Below are positions 14,346 through 27,739 of a DNA stretch of 64,000 nucleotides, piece by piece. The notes under the pieces are model-generated. The model was not told where the DNA came from and made no database searches. It saw only the letters and a program-made list of their open reading frames with translations. Within the stretch, counting starts at the first letter, position 1, and each line of letters starts with the position of its first letter. The stretch comes from Dictyostelium discoideum (Eukaryota). The stretch lies in contig CM000151.3 in NCBI GenBank assembly GCA_000004695.1, forward strand, positions 3,552,001 to 3,616,000, in the 5' to 3' direction. The position numbers were made by a program, and so were the translations under genes.

Positions 14346-14829
14346 AATAAATTTTTTTTTTTTTAATTTTAGAATTTAATATTTTTATAAAGTTTATCTT
14401 AACATACCATATTTTATAATTTAATTTCAAAAAGTAATTACTTGATTTAAAATTAATTTTTTGAAATATTTTTTTTCTTATAACCCCTTCCATTCCACCA
14501 TCTACCACTATTAATAAAAATAAAATTTCAAATAAACAGTTTATTAATTATTTCATAAAAAATGAGATATTTCAAATAATTTGATAATTAATACCATACA
14601 TTTTAATCATTAGTATTGAATAGTGTAAAAATAGTCTTTAAAAATTTTAATTGAAAAAAAAAAAAAAAAAATTATTGGTGAGAGTATGTGTGTAGGTGGG
14701 GGTGATTATATTTGTGTGGGTTCAATTAAAATTTTAAATTGTCTAGAATTGAAAATTGAAACCTTTTATAAATTATTATTTCTAATAAAAATACTATTTT
14801 TAATTCTATTTTAATAGATTTAATTGTCA

Positions 14830-15060
14830 ACAAATGAAAAAGTGTTGCTATTAGTATTCTAAAATCACTTTATAATATTACTTCAATTAATATGGTAAAC
14901 TCTTCAAACACTTTAATTGTGAGCCAGGATCTCAGTTTTTTCACCAACTATATTAAATTAAAAATTAAACTTGTTACTTCATTTTATAATAAATCTCTTC
15001 CTCAATTAAAGAAATTAGATAATTTGTAAATATAAATTATTATTTTACATTTACCTTATA
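14830..15060 (+). pseudogene. Decayed fragment of the secreted-protein family found at 15518 and 17600
   Basis: Nucleotide similarity to exon 1 of the downstream copies: ...ttctaaaatcactttataatatt..., ...caggatc..., ...cattttataataaa...ctc(c)tt..ttaaa(g/a)aaatt.... There is no signal-peptide start and several stops. Confidence 0.35.
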
Positions 15061-15517
15061 TAATATAATTACATTAATTTAATTTTTTTTTTTTTTTTTT
15101 TTAATTAATAGGGAAATTTCTAAAATCTTATTATAAAAACAAATATATTATTCAAAAACAGTTTCTTTAAGAAATATTTCTACAAAAATAAAAATAAAAA
15201 ATTTTTTATATTTTTCATTGATAAAATTTAAATTAATTTCCATTCATAAATATATAACCTTACTTTTAATCATTTTGATATATATAGTCTTAAAATAGAA
15301 AAAAAACATTTCTTGTGAGTGATTATTTTAGTGTTTTTTATTAAAAAAATAAAAAAATAATAATAAAAAATTTATAATATATTATAATTTATTATTATAA
15401 TTATTTATTTTTATAATTAAATTTTTATTATTATTATTTTTTTTTTTTCTTAATTTTTTTTTCTTTATAAATAATTTGAAATTAATTTTTTTTTTTCCTA
15501 ACTAAATTGTTAAAAAA

Positions 15518-15942
15518 ATGAAATATATTAAATTAATTTTTATTATAATCTGTTTTTATATAAATTATCAAAGTATTAGTTCTCTTGGAAATCAAGTATC
15601 CATAAATGAAGCTCTTGTTGCTATAGGTATTCTAAAATCACTTTATAATATTGGCACAAACAATTTTAAAGAAGTTTGTGATTATAATGATTGTTTTAAA
15701 TGTTCATTATATAATGTTTCAAAACTATATACTATAACTTCAATTAAAATGCAAAAATCTTGAAATATTTTTATTGTTACCCAGGATCCCAATGTTTTTA
15801 AATCCTTAACTAAATTAGTAATTGGTGAAAAAGTTCAACTAACAACTTTGTTTTATAATGAAACACTCCCTTTATTAAAAAATTTAAAAAAATTGTAAAT
15901 ATGTATTATAATTACTCAACTTTGTTATAATAACATTATTTT

Positions 15943-16001
<59 letters not shown>

Positions 16002-16790
16002 AATAGAGAAATTTCAAACCAAGAACATCCTTTCCCAGATAAATTTAATATCCCAGATAAATTGTCAGGAGTTCAATTTAATTCAATTTTTGTACCATTA
16101 AGTTCAATTTGGTTTTAGGCAAATATTTATTCATTATATGTTTATAATACATTACCTGGTTTTATATATCCAAAATTAACAAAAAAAATATAAATTTAAA
16201 TATAAATGGATTTATATTTGACACTCAATCATATTGATAGTAATGTACCATCATTGAAATTAATCAAAAATTTATTAGGATTGGGATTTGGAATTTATAA
16301 TGAAATGTCTCAAAAAGGTTACAAGAATTTTTCAATTGATTCAATTAATCGAGTATATAAATGTGGCATTGGAGTTCAATTTCATTAACTCTGGTAATGA
16401 AGCAACAATTCAAAAATTCACATCACAACAATCATTAATTTCAAAATTTAAACTTTGTTGGTTGGTTTTCAAAGGAATTAGTTTTACTCTTGATCCATCT
16501 ATTGGTTATTTATTTAATAATTTTTCAAAGATGGATGATATATATGGTATTGATTTATATGTATAAATATATTGCTTTTAAAAATTTTTTTTTTATGTAT
16601 TATTAATGTAATTTATAATATTTTTTATTTTTAAAATAGGAAAATAAATGGAACTTGTGATCTGGTTAATGAATGTAAAGTTACAAATTGTGTTGTACTA
16701 CCTACTGTTACATCAACCTCACATAATACATTTAGAAATATTTGTTGTAAAACTACCTCGGTAACACCAGTTGATTATTTGATTGTTTAT
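15518..16790 (+). pseudogene. Frameshifted paralog (pseudogene) of the secreted protein gene at 17600..18828
   Basis: Same N-terminus (MKYIKLIFIIICFYINYQSI..) and the same 3-exon layout as the 17600 gene. The exon 1 frame breaks after ...SIKMQKS (stop at 15763) while homology continues in another frame (…LPLLKNLKKL). Exon 2 is split between two overlapping frames (ORFs 16206..16388 and 16288..16566). Exon 3 homology (..GTCDLVNECKVTNCVV..) runs to about 16790. Confidence 0.5.
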
Positions 16791-17149
16791 TAAAAAAAAA
16801 AAAAATGGAATGTTTGGCTTTCCAACTCCACAATGGTAATAGCAATGTAAGAGGATTATCTTTAGCACTAAATCTGATCCCCTCCCTTCTTTAAAATTAA
16901 AAAATTGATCATTTTTATTTAATTTTAGAATTTAATATTTTATAATGTTTTTCTTTATATCACAAATATTTAAAAATTTTAATTAAATTGCATCCATAAA
17001 CAGTTTCATAAATCTAGGATGTTTTAAATAAATTAGTGTAATTATTATGAAATTATTTCGATCTATTAATTATACCATACTTTTAATCGATACAATAAAC
17101 ATATTATTTATTATTAAAATAGTTTTTAAAATTTGGAAAAAAAAAAAAT

Positions 17150-17400
17150 AATTTTAGTGGGGTATGTGCAGGTGAGGGTGAGATTGTATCCGTGTGAAGT
17201 GTTAATTGGGGTTGAATTAAAATTTATTACCATTCACTAATATTTAAAGCCATACTTTTAATCATTATGATATATAGTCTTAAAACAATAGCAAAAAAAA
17301 TTTTAGTGGGGGGGTGTGATTATTTCTGTGTTTATGTGTGTAGGTCAAGGTGTGATTATTTCTGTGTAAATATTTTTAAAGGGGTTGGATATAAATTATC
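17150..17400. promoter_or_regulatory. GT/G-rich elements (G-box-like) upstream of the intact secreted-protein gene; the same motif class recurs at about 14683-14720 upstream of the pseudogene copy
   Basis: gtggggtatgtgcaggtgagggtgag..., ttttagtgggggggtgtgattatttctgtg..., gtgtgattatttctgtg appear in otherwise about 85% AT DNA. They are duplicated together with the gene unit. They resemble the GT-rich G-boxes bound by G-box binding factor in Dictyostelium post-aggregative promoters. This is inference only. Confidence 0.3.
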
Positions 17401-17599
17401 ATTTATCAAGAATTATATGTCTTAATAAAATTATATTATAATTCATTTATTATTATTTTTATATAATTTTAATTATTATTATTTTTTTTTAATTTTAATT
17501 ATTGTTGTTTTTTTTATTTTTATTTTTTTTTTTTTTCCTTTATAAATAATTTGAAATTAGTTTTTTATTTTTTTATTTAAAATTAAATTTTATAAAAAA

Positions 17600-18018
17600 A
17601 TGAAATATATTAACCTAATTTTTATTTTAATTTGTTTTTATATAAATTATCAAAGTATTGGTGCTGATAGAAATGAATTCCCCATAAATGAAATTCTTGC
17701 TGCTAAAAGTATTCTAAAATCACTTTATAATTTTGAAGCAAAAACTTTAGAAGAAATTTGTTTTTATGGTTGTTTTGTATGTTCACCTATTTATGAACCA
17801 AAAACATATGGTATAACTACAATTAGAATAAACTCTACAAGATTATCTTTTGTTTCTTATGATTTCAGTATTTTTCGATATTTATCTGAATTAATAATTG
17901 AAGAAAATATTCAAATACAAACCGTATTTTATGAAAAAACACTTCCTTTATTAAAAAATTTAGAGCTTTTGTAAATATAAATGATAATTACTCTCATTTG
18001 TTATAATTTCATTATTTT

Positions 18019-18068
<50 letters not shown>

Positions 18069-18828
18069 CTCTAATTGATATAGAGAAGTTTCAAAACAAG
18101 AACAACCTTTCCCAGATAATTTTAGTCCCCCAGAAAAATTGAAAACTGTTCAATTTAATTCAATTTCTGTGCCATTAAGTTCAATTTGGTTTGAGGGAGT
18201 TATTAATAGAATAATTGTTAAAAAAACATTACCTGGTTTTAAATATCCAAAACTAACAAAAATAAATACATATATAAATACATTGAGTTTATCACTCAAT
18301 CATATTGATACAAATGTACCATCAATGGATTTATTCCCAAATTTAGAATTAATAAATTTTCAAATTCATAATGAAATGTCTCAAAAAGGTTACAAGAATT
18401 TTTCAATAGATTCAATTAATCAAGATTGGTATAAAAGAGTCAATGCAATGGAAATCCAATTCATAAACTCTGGTAAAGAAGCAACAATTCAAAAATTCAC
18501 ATTACAACAATCATTAATTTCAAGATTTAAACTTGACTATTTACTTATAGATGGAATTGGTTTTACTGTTGATCCATCTATTGGTTATTTAAATTTTTCA
18601 AAGATGACTGATAAAGGTTTTGTTTTGTATGTATATATATATTCTTTTTAAATAATGTTTTTTTAATATCTTATTAATGAAATTATTATTATTTTTTAAA
18701 ATAGACATATAGTAGGAGATTGTGATCTAATTAAAAAATGTAAAATTTCTAATTGTGTTGTAATGCCTAATGTTGCAGGAAAAAAATACCAAAATGAAAT
18801 TATAGGTCCTTGTATTACTGGTCGCTAA
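17600..18828 (+). CDS. Secreted Cys-containing protein of unknown function (about 346 aa, N-terminal signal peptide); 3 exons (about 17600-17970, 18084-18626, 18705-18828)
   Basis: Exon 1 reads MKYINLIFILICFYINYQSIGADRNE... and ends at a gtaaat donor. Exon 2 reads EVSKQEQPFPDN...KMTDKGFV and ends at a gtatgt donor. Exon 3 reads (L)HIVGDCDLIKKCKISNCVVMPNVAGKKYQNEIIGPCITGR with a stop. Phases are consistent. It is the intact member of a local 3-copy tandem array. Confidence 0.6.
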
Positions 18829-19367
18829 CACCAAATATAATTGATTCATCATCTAAAACTACCTATTGAACAACAAACAACAGCAACAACAGGAACTAAT
18901 TCAACACAGCTTGATGATAATAATTTTCATTAAATTAAACCTATCATTGATATTTAATAAAAGTTTATATTATAATTATATATATTACATATTATATAAT
19001 ACAGTTTAAAAAGAAATATGAGTGCATTAATTTGATTACTTAAAAAAATGGTTTTAACACAATTGTGTTTTGTCTTTTAATTTCCAATTTATTAAGAAAA
19101 TTGTAAATGTTGCAGGGAATTTTCAATAAAATTTCTTTCCAGTGAATTTTTTAATTTAATTTCCCTACACTAACTGAGAGAAAAAAAAAAATCATTGACC
19201 ATTAATTTTTTTTTTTTTAAAAAAACAAATAAAGTTTATTATTTTTTGTTTTTCAATTATTATTTATTTGTTTATTATTATTAAAATCCCTCAGGTGATT
19301 TTTTTTTTTTTTTTTTTTTATTTTTTTTATTTTTTTTTTAATTTTTTTTTTTATTATATTGAAATTC

Positions 19368-19413
<46 letters not shown>

Positions 19414-19467
19414 TTTTTGGTTCAAGAAAAAAAAAATGTAATATAATTTTTATAAAATACAATTAAA

Positions 19468-19538
19468 ATGAGTAAAGAATATGAGTAAGAATCTATTTTT
19501 TATTTTTTTCTTTTTTTTTTTTGTTGAAAAAATATTAA

Positions 19539-19581
<43 letters not shown>

Positions 19582-20222
19582 TAGACACTTATTCAAATTT
19601 GTACTTGCAGGTGATAGTGGAGTTGGTAAATATTAACTGCAATAAATAATAAATAATAATAATTAATAATTAAATAAATAAATTAATTATTAATTATTAA
19701 AAAAAAGGTAAAACAAGCATTTTATTTAGAATTACAGATGATACATTTACTGAAACACATATAACAATTGGTATTGAGTTTAAAATAAAGACAGTTTATA
19801 TTGAAGGTAAACCAATAAAACTTCAAATTTGGGATACAGCTGGAGAAAAGCGATTTAGAGTTCATAATTCACATTATAGAGGTTGTCATGGAGTTATTAT
19901 AGTTTATGATGTTACAGATCAAAGATCATTTGAAAATGTTCCCTCATGGATAGAAGATATCCGAAGATATGCAAATGAAAATGTCATTAAAATTATAATT
20001 GGAAATAAAAATGATTTAGTCTCACAAAAAGTGGTTGACCCTTTTTTAGCTCAAGAATTTGCCGATTCTTTAGATATTCCATTCAAAGAAATAAGTGCAA
20101 AACAATCAATTAACATTGAAGAGGCTTTTATCTCTTTAGTAAAGCTTTGTATAAATAGAATTGAAGAAACTTCTCTAAAAAAAACACAATCCCCCGAAAA
20201 AAATAATTGTATAATAAATTAA
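19468..20222 (+). CDS. Rab-family small GTPase (about 190 aa); 3 exons (19468-19484, 19585-19625, 19708-20222)
   Basis: Exon 1 reads MSKEY(E) with a gtaaga donor. Exon 2 reads HLFKFVLAGDSGVG with a gtaaat donor. Exon 3 reads GKTSILFRITDDTFTETHITIGIEFKIKTVYIEGKPIKLQIWDTAGEKRF...IIGNKNDL...EISAK.. This carries the P-loop, the effector TIG(I/V)EF, WDTAGQE-like, NKxD and SAK motifs. The C-terminus ...NNCIIN lacks the usual CC or CXC geranylgeranylation motif. Confidence 0.8.
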
Positions 20223-20715
20223 TAAAAAAAAAAGGATTTACACTTACACAAACCAATTATTACTAGATATTTTTTTTTTTTTTTTAATAAAATTCAAATC
20301 ATTTTTAAAATTTTTTTTGGATATTTTAAAAGATGCAAAGCAACACATTTTTTTTTAAAAAAATACACACCTTTTTATAATACTCTTTTTTTAGGGATTA
20401 CAATTGACACAAATTTTTTTCGAGTGCAAAACGGTATTTTTTTTTTTTTTTTTTATTTAGTTTTAAAAACAAATAATAATACTTAAATATAAATAATTTT
20501 TTGTAATATATTATTATTTTTTTTTTTTTTTTTAATATTATAAAATTTCTTTTTGATAAAAAAGTTAAAAAAAAAAAAAAAAAAATTCCCAAAAAAAAAA
20601 AAAAATCCCAAAAAAAAAAAAATATCAGTTTTTTATTATTATCATAAACAAATCGATTTTACCAAGAATTTAATAATTAATAGTAAATATAACGAGACTC
20701 TTTTGAAATAAAAAT

Positions 20716-20747
<32 letters not shown>

Positions 20748-20850
20748 CTTTAACACACTACTTTTTATTTTTTTTTTTTTTTATTTTTTTTATAATTATT
20801 CATCACAAACTTCATCGTTGAGCAAGTTAAAAAAAAAAAAATAAAATAAA

Positions 20851-21429
20851 ATGGAAAATTATTTATTTCGCGATGCAAATTCAGAAGAATTAAAAGAAAT
20901 AGAAGGATTAAAACCAATTAAAAAATTAGAAAATATTTTAAAAGATATTGGTGCACCAAATAAACAAATTACAACATTAGAAAATTATAAAAATTATTTA
21001 AAAGAAGATGCATTATCTAAAAAATCATGGGGATTAGAATCATTTAATCAACCAAATCAAACTGACGATGATTTATTTAAAGAGACTGTATTAATTGAAG
21101 GTGGTGATAATACTAAACATGTATATTGTTTCATTGATGCCTATACTGCAAATCCTGTAACTATTAAAGTAACAAGACCAGATGCAAATTCATTACAACC
21201 CTTGACCAATGTTGAATTATTAGCAATTTATTCAAAAGCTTTTCAATTCATCTATGAAGAAGAGGAAAAAGAAGTAGGTAATCCTGGTCACATTCAAGGT
21301 ATGCTTAATAGAGGTGTTTCTCATGGCAGATATGGAATTTGGGGTCACGATCTTTCAGATTTAGTTTACAATGGTTTTTCAGATGTTTTAATCTATAAAG
21401 ATTTCATTTTTTGTGAATTTAGAGTAGAT

Positions 21430-21435
<6 letters not shown>
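20851..21435 (+). CDS. Hypothetical 194-aa protein; paralog of the 22169 gene through a conserved C-terminal domain of about 110 aa
   Basis: Single ORF. Blocks shared with the neighbour: HVYC(F/V).., (V/I)KVT(R/K)PD.., LLAIY(S/T)KA(F/Y)Q(F/Y)(I/M)Y(E/K)E.., HG.Y..G..D..YNG(F/L)S..I.(K/F)D.F..C.F.VD. No signal peptide. Confidence 0.5.
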
Positions 21436-21472
<37 letters not shown>

Positions 21473-21727
21473 ATAATAAATAAAATATCTAAAAAAAAAA
21501 AAAAATATTACAAAAATAGAAAAATTTAGATTTTTTTATTTTTTTTATTTTTTATTTAATTTTCTTTTAATCTATTTTTGTAATTTTTTTGTTTTTTTTT
21601 TTTAGAAATTTTGATTTTTTTTTTTTTTTTTATTTATATTTTCTTTTAATCTTTTTAATTAAATTTTTTATAATTTCCATTTTAAGCACCAAGATCCTGG
21701 CTCTTTTTCATATTGCCTCTTGAATTG

Positions 21728-21783
<56 letters not shown>

Positions 21784-22168
21784 TTTAAATTTTTTTTTTT
21801 TTTTTTTTTATTATTTTTTTTTTATTTTAACAAAAATGGAAGATTACTAAAAATATATATTTGTATTATTTTAGAAATTTTTTTCATAAAAAAAGATCCA
21901 TAGAACATGATATATAACCTTTAAAATAAACTTTGTTTTATTTTATTTTATTTTATTTTTTTTTTTTTTTTTATTTTTTTTTTTTTTTTTATTTTTTTTT
22001 TTTAAAAATAAAACCTCATATTAAAATTAAACTATAAATAAGGATTTTAAAATTGAAATTTTCATTTTCATTTTCATTTTAATTTAAATAAATTGAAAAA
22101 CAAAAAACAAAAAAAAAAAAAAAAAAAAATATTGTTTCATAATAAAAAATAACCAAATAATAAATAAA

Positions 22169-22855
22169 ATGTTTGAAATTAATAAAATTTATATGGATAA
22201 TGCATCAGAAGATGAAAGAAAAATAATTTCAAAATCAAAAATTCAAAAAATTGATAAAGAGATATTACCAGTTTGTGCATCACCAGCATCTAATGTTAAT
22301 GATATTGATAATTTTCAAAATAAATTAAATAATCAATTAAATGAAAAGAAAAAGAAGATTAAAAATCAAGGTATTGTATCAATCGATAGTAATTCATTAC
22401 CAATAAAGAATAAGAATGAATTAATTCAATTCAATAAGCTATTATCAGAATCAAATGGTAATTTAAAAAATGAAAAAACAGAGTCATTTATTAATGACAA
22501 ATTAATCGTTGACAAGGATAAAAACCTGTATGGTGTTGGTAGATATGTGGATCATGTCTATTGTGTTTTTGGTAAATATCAATTAAAGAAATCCGTTATT
22601 AAAGTCACAAAACCTGATCCAAACATTCCAATTTCCTCTTTGGATTTATTGGCAATTTATACCAAAGCATATCAATACATGTACAAGGAGCAAAAACAAT
22701 GGTTTGACTATAAGAAAACTAGAATTAACATTTCAAATTCTCCTCATGGTATTTATCGTTATGGTATTAACGATATTCATTATAACGGTCTTTCAACAAT
22801 CATAGAGTTTGATACTTTTTTAGTTTGCTCTTTTGATGTTGACCCAATTAAATAA
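22169..22855 (+). CDS. Hypothetical 228-aa protein, paralog of the 20851 gene
   Basis: Single ORF with the same C-terminal conserved blocks as 20851..21435. The N-terminal half is diverged and Lys/Asn-rich. Confidence 0.5.
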   Translation: MFEINKIYMDNASEDERKIISKSKIQKIDKEILPVCASPASNVNDIDNFQNKLNNQLNEKKKKIKNQGIVSIDSNSLPIKNKNELIQFNKLLSESNGNLKNEKTESFINDKLIVDKDKNLYGVGRYVDHVYCVFGKYQLKKSVIKVTKPDPNIPISSLDLLAIYTKAYQYMYKEQKQWFDYKKTRINISNSPHGIYRYGINDIHYNGLSTIIEFDTFLVCSFDVDPIK

Positions 22856-23066
22856 TTAAAATTACTGGTCTTTTTAATATTAAAAAAAAAAAAAAAAATA
22901 AAATAAAGTTAATAATAAAAGATTATAAATTTAACACAAGATTTTTTTTTTATTTTTTTTGTAATTTTAAAAATTTTTTTTTTTTTATTTTTCTCCTCTG
23001 TCCCATTTCCCCTCTTTTTTTATATAAAAATTAATTATTATTATTATTTTATTTATATTATAATTA

Positions 23067-23117
<51 letters not shown>
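23067..23117. repeat. (ATT)n microsatellite
   Basis: Perfect att run of about 17 units. Confidence 0.9.
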
Positions 23118-23431
23118 TTTTTTTTTTTTTTTTTTTGATTAATATTTGACAATTGTCAAGGGATATTTATTGGGTTTTCATTTGTTAATTATATATTAAG
23201 ATTTTTTTATTGGGTGGTATAGAATTTTAATTAAAAAAAAAAAAAAAAAAATGATAAAAAAAAAATATTTTATTTTTATAAAAAACATGTTAAAGAAGTA
23301 AAAAAGAATTTAATACAAAAAAACAATTTGTTTATGTGTATTTTAATTATATAATTAATTTTTTATTATTAATTGGTTTTTTTAATAGATAAAGATTTTA
23401 ATTCGTACCACAGATTAATTAAATAAAATTG

Positions 23432-23493
<62 letters not shown>

Positions 23494-23666
23494 TGGCATT
23501 TAATTTTTTAGGATTGACCCCAAGATTTTTTTTTGAAAATAAATTAATTTTTTTATTTTTAATTTTTGTAATTTTTTTTTTTTTATTTTTTATTTTTTAT
23601 CTATTATATAATTTTAAAAAAAAAAAAAAAAAAAATTTATTGCAATAAAACTACAAGTAAAACATA

Positions 23667-23824
23667 ATGGAGTTTTTAAAATTAATATTGTTTCTAATAA
23701 TTTTTTATATAATCCATAATACTGTTTGTATTTTTTCTTTAATTTTAATAAAAAAAAAAAAAAAAAAAGGATAATAATAATAATTATACTTTTTTCTAAA
23801 CACAGATATGGTAAAATTTAAATA

Positions 23825-23868
<44 letters not shown>

Positions 23869-24182
23869 GAAATTAAATCAATTTTTATCAGTATATTAAA
23901 TTTAAAAAAATAAATAAAAATGAATTAAAAGGACCAATTCCAATTCCAATTTTAGGAAATTTATATCAACTTACAAGTGGTTTACCACACAGAGATTTAA
24001 CTAAAATATCTGAAAAATATGGTGGAATTTATAGATTTTGGTTTGCTGATTTATACACTGTTGTATTATCTGATCCAATTTTGATTAGAGAAATGTTTGT
24101 TAACAATGGTGATTATTTCCTAGACAGACCAAAAATACCTTCAATAAGACATGCAACTCATTATCATGGTATTGCAAGTTAG

Positions 24183-24219
<37 letters not shown>

Positions 24220-25533
24220 AAAAAACTAAAAAAAAAATTAATTATTAATTTTTTTTTTTTTTTTTTTTTAAAAAAAAAAGCATCTTCTGGTGAATATTGG
24301 TTAAAAATTAGAGATATAATTAATAAAGCAATGAGAAAAACCAATTTAAAATTAATTTATGATTCATTAGATCAACAAGTTGATAATTTAATTGAATCAA
24401 TGAATAAAATTGAAAGTGATGGACAAGTATTTGAACCACGTATTTATTTTAAAAAATATACAATGGCAGCAATGTATAAATTCATTTTCAATGAAGAAAT
24501 AAATTTTAATAATGAAATATCTGAATTAATTGGGCCAATTGAACAAGTTTTCAAAGATTTAGGAAGTGGTAGTTTATTTGATGTTTTATTAATATCAAGA
24601 CCATTATATTATCAATGGATTGAACATACTGATAAAAATTATCCAAAAATTTTAAATTTTTTAAAAAAAAAATATCATCAACATTTAAAAACTTATAATC
24701 CAGAAATTCAAAGAGATTTATTAGATTTATTAATTAAAGAATATTATAGTGGAAGTGATGATGATATTTTAACAATTATTGCAACTATAAATGATTTATT
24801 TTTAGCTGGTTTGTATTAAATTAGTTTTATTATTTTTTATTAAAAAATTTCAATTATTAATAAATTTATTTAAAATAGGTACTGATACAAGTAGTGCTTC
24901 ATTAGAATATATGGTTATGATGTTAGTTAATTATCCAGAAATTCAAGAGAAAGTATATGATGAAATTAAATTAACTGTTAACGGTAGAAATAAAGTTTTA
25001 TTATCTGATAGACAATTTACACCATATACAGTTTCATTTATTAAAGAAACATTAAGATATAAACCACCATCTTCTGTTGGTGTACCAAGAACTACTTCTC
25101 AAGATATTATAATTGGTGATAAATTCATTCCAAAAGATGCTCAAATTTTTATAAATTATTATGGACTTTCAAGAAATCAAGATTATTTTGAAAATCCTGA
25201 ACAATTTGAACCATCAAGATTTATGAATCCAGATACAAATATTGCATTTTTACCATTTAGTATTGGTACAAGAAATTGTGTGTAAGTAAAAAAAAATTAT
25301 TTATTTTATTATTTTTTTTAATTATTTATTTAAAAATTGTTAAATTAATTTTTTTTTTTTTTTTAAGTGGTCAAAATTTTGCATTAGATGAAATGTTTCT
25401 TGCATTTTCAAATATAATTTTAAATTTTAAATTTAGTTCAATTGATGGGAAACAAATTGATGAAACTGAATTGTATGGAGTTACATTAAGATGCAAGAAT
25501 AAATTTAATGTATCCATTAAAAAAAGAATTTAA
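23667..25533 (+). CDS. Cytochrome P450 (array copy 1); 5 exons (about 23667-23723, 23892-24177, 24281-24808, 24879-25281, 25368-25533)
   Basis: Exon 1 is a membrane anchor, [19 protein letters not shown], with a gtttgt donor. Exon 2 reads ..[14 protein letters not shown]...[18 protein letters not shown]. It reads straight through the intron position used by copies 2 and 3 and ends at a gttagt donor. Exon 3 reads (T)[19 protein letters not shown]...FFLAG with a gtttgt donor. Exon 4 reads (G)TDTSS...ETLRYKPP...PSRF...PFSIGTRNC with a gtaagt donor. Exon 5 reads (V)[10 protein letters not shown]...KKRI with a stop. The ETLR, PxRF and FSxGxRxCxG heme-loop motifs are present. Confidence 0.75.
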
Positions 25534-25577
25534 TTCATTGTAAAATTTAATAAAAAATAATTAATTATAATAAATAA

Positions 25578-25630
<53 letters not shown>

Positions 25631-26371
25631 CTGTGAGCGTGTAAATATTGGATTAAATTTTATTGAATATTATTGTGTCCAAATTTAACCCAATACAAAA
25701 AAAATTATAATTTTTTATTATTTTTATTATTATTTTCATTATTTTTTTTATTTTTTTTTTTATTTTTTATTTTTTATAAAATCTCAAAAATTGAGAATAA
25801 CAATGAAAAAAAAAAAAAAAAAAAAAAAGAAAAAAAAAGAAAAGAAAAAAAGTGTGTGTATTTTTTGTGCATATTGAATAGAAAATGTGTGGGGATCTTA
25901 AAATTTTTTTTTAATTTTTTTTTTTTAATAATGGTGTTAGTATTATTTTTTTATTTTTTATTTTTTTTTTATTTTTTTTATTTTTTTTATTTTTTTTTAT
26001 TTTTTTTTTTTGTACATTAGATTGTGAGGAGACATCTTACTCAGTTGAGAAAACAATAATTTATTTTTATGATTCATAGATTTACTATGTTAATCATCTA
26101 TGTTGTCAGTTTTAATTCAAACATTATTAAAATAATTTTTTTTTTTTAATTTTTTTTTTTTTATTTTTTTTTTTTTTTTTTAAACTGTTGTTGAACAAAA
26201 AAAAAAAAAAAAAAAAAAACAAAAACAAAAACAAAAAAATATTTAAACCAAAAATTAAAAATATAAATAAAAATATAAAAAATAAAAATATAATTGTTGA
26301 AAAGAAAAAAAAAAAAAAAACAAAAAAACAAAAAAAAAAATTACTTGCACACAAGTGGTAATTTAAAAAAT

Positions 26372-27703
26372 ATGGCTTTATTTGAAATTATTATTTCATT
26401 ATTTGTTGTTTATATTATACATAATGCTGTAAGTCCTATTATTTTATATTAAAAAAAATAAAAATAAATATAATTAATCTAAATTATTATTATTATTATT
26501 TTTAAAAATAATCATTTTTTAATTTTTTAATTTTTTATTTTTAAAATAATTATTTTAATTAATCAGATTTCAAAATATAAAAAAATTCATGTTAATGAGT
26601 TATGTGGTCCAACCCCAATTCCAATTTTAGGAAATCTCCATCAATTTGGAGAATTACCTCATAGAGTATTAACAAAGATGACTAAAAAGTATGGCCATAT
26701 TTTAAGGGTTTATATGGCAGACATGTACACTGTTGTTGTATCTGATCCATTATTAATTAGAGAAATGTATGTTGATAATTCTGATATTTTCACCGATAGA
26801 GTTAAAAAACCAGTATGTATCAAAATTAAATAATTAATAAATTGTGTGTTAATTTATTTTTTTTTTAATTATTAATTATTTATTTATTAATTATTAATTA
26901 TTAATTATTTTATTTAAAAAATAAAAAATTTATAAATAATTAATAATAATAATTAATTAAAATAATTAATAATTTAAAAAAAAAAAAAAAATTAATTATT
27001 AATTATTAATTATTTATTTATTAATTATTAATTATTAATTATTTTATTTAAAAAATTAAAAATTTAAATAGTCAGTTGAACATGGAACATTTTATCATGG
27101 TACAGTTACAAGTTATGGTGAACATTGGAAAAACAATAGAGAAATTGTTGGTAAAGCAATGAGAAAAACAAATTTAAAACATATTTATGAATTATTAGAT
27201 AAACAAGTTGATGTATTAATAAGATCAATGAAATCAATTGAAACCAGTGGTAAAACATTTGATACTCGTTATTATATTACAAAATTTACAATGTCAGCAA
27301 TGTTTAAATTTCTTTTCAATCATGATATTCCAGAGGATGAAGATATTAATAAAGGTGATACACAAAAATTGATGGGTCCAATGTCTGAGGTTTTTCAAAA
27401 TGCTGGTAGAGGTAGTTTATTTGATGTCATAAATATTACTCAACCACTTTATCTTTTATATTTAGAAATGTTTGATCAAAGTTTTAAAGATATTATGAAA
27501 TATCATAGAGAGAAATATAATGAACATTTAAAAACCTTTGATCCAGATGTTGAAAGAGATTTACTTGATATTTTAATTAAAGAATATGGTACTGATAATG
27601 ATGATAAAATTTTATCAATTTTGGCAACAATTAATGATTTTTTCTTAGCAGGTTTGTATTTATAAGTATTTATTATTATTATTATTTAAAAAAATAATAT
27701 TCT

Positions 27704-27739
<36 letters not shown>

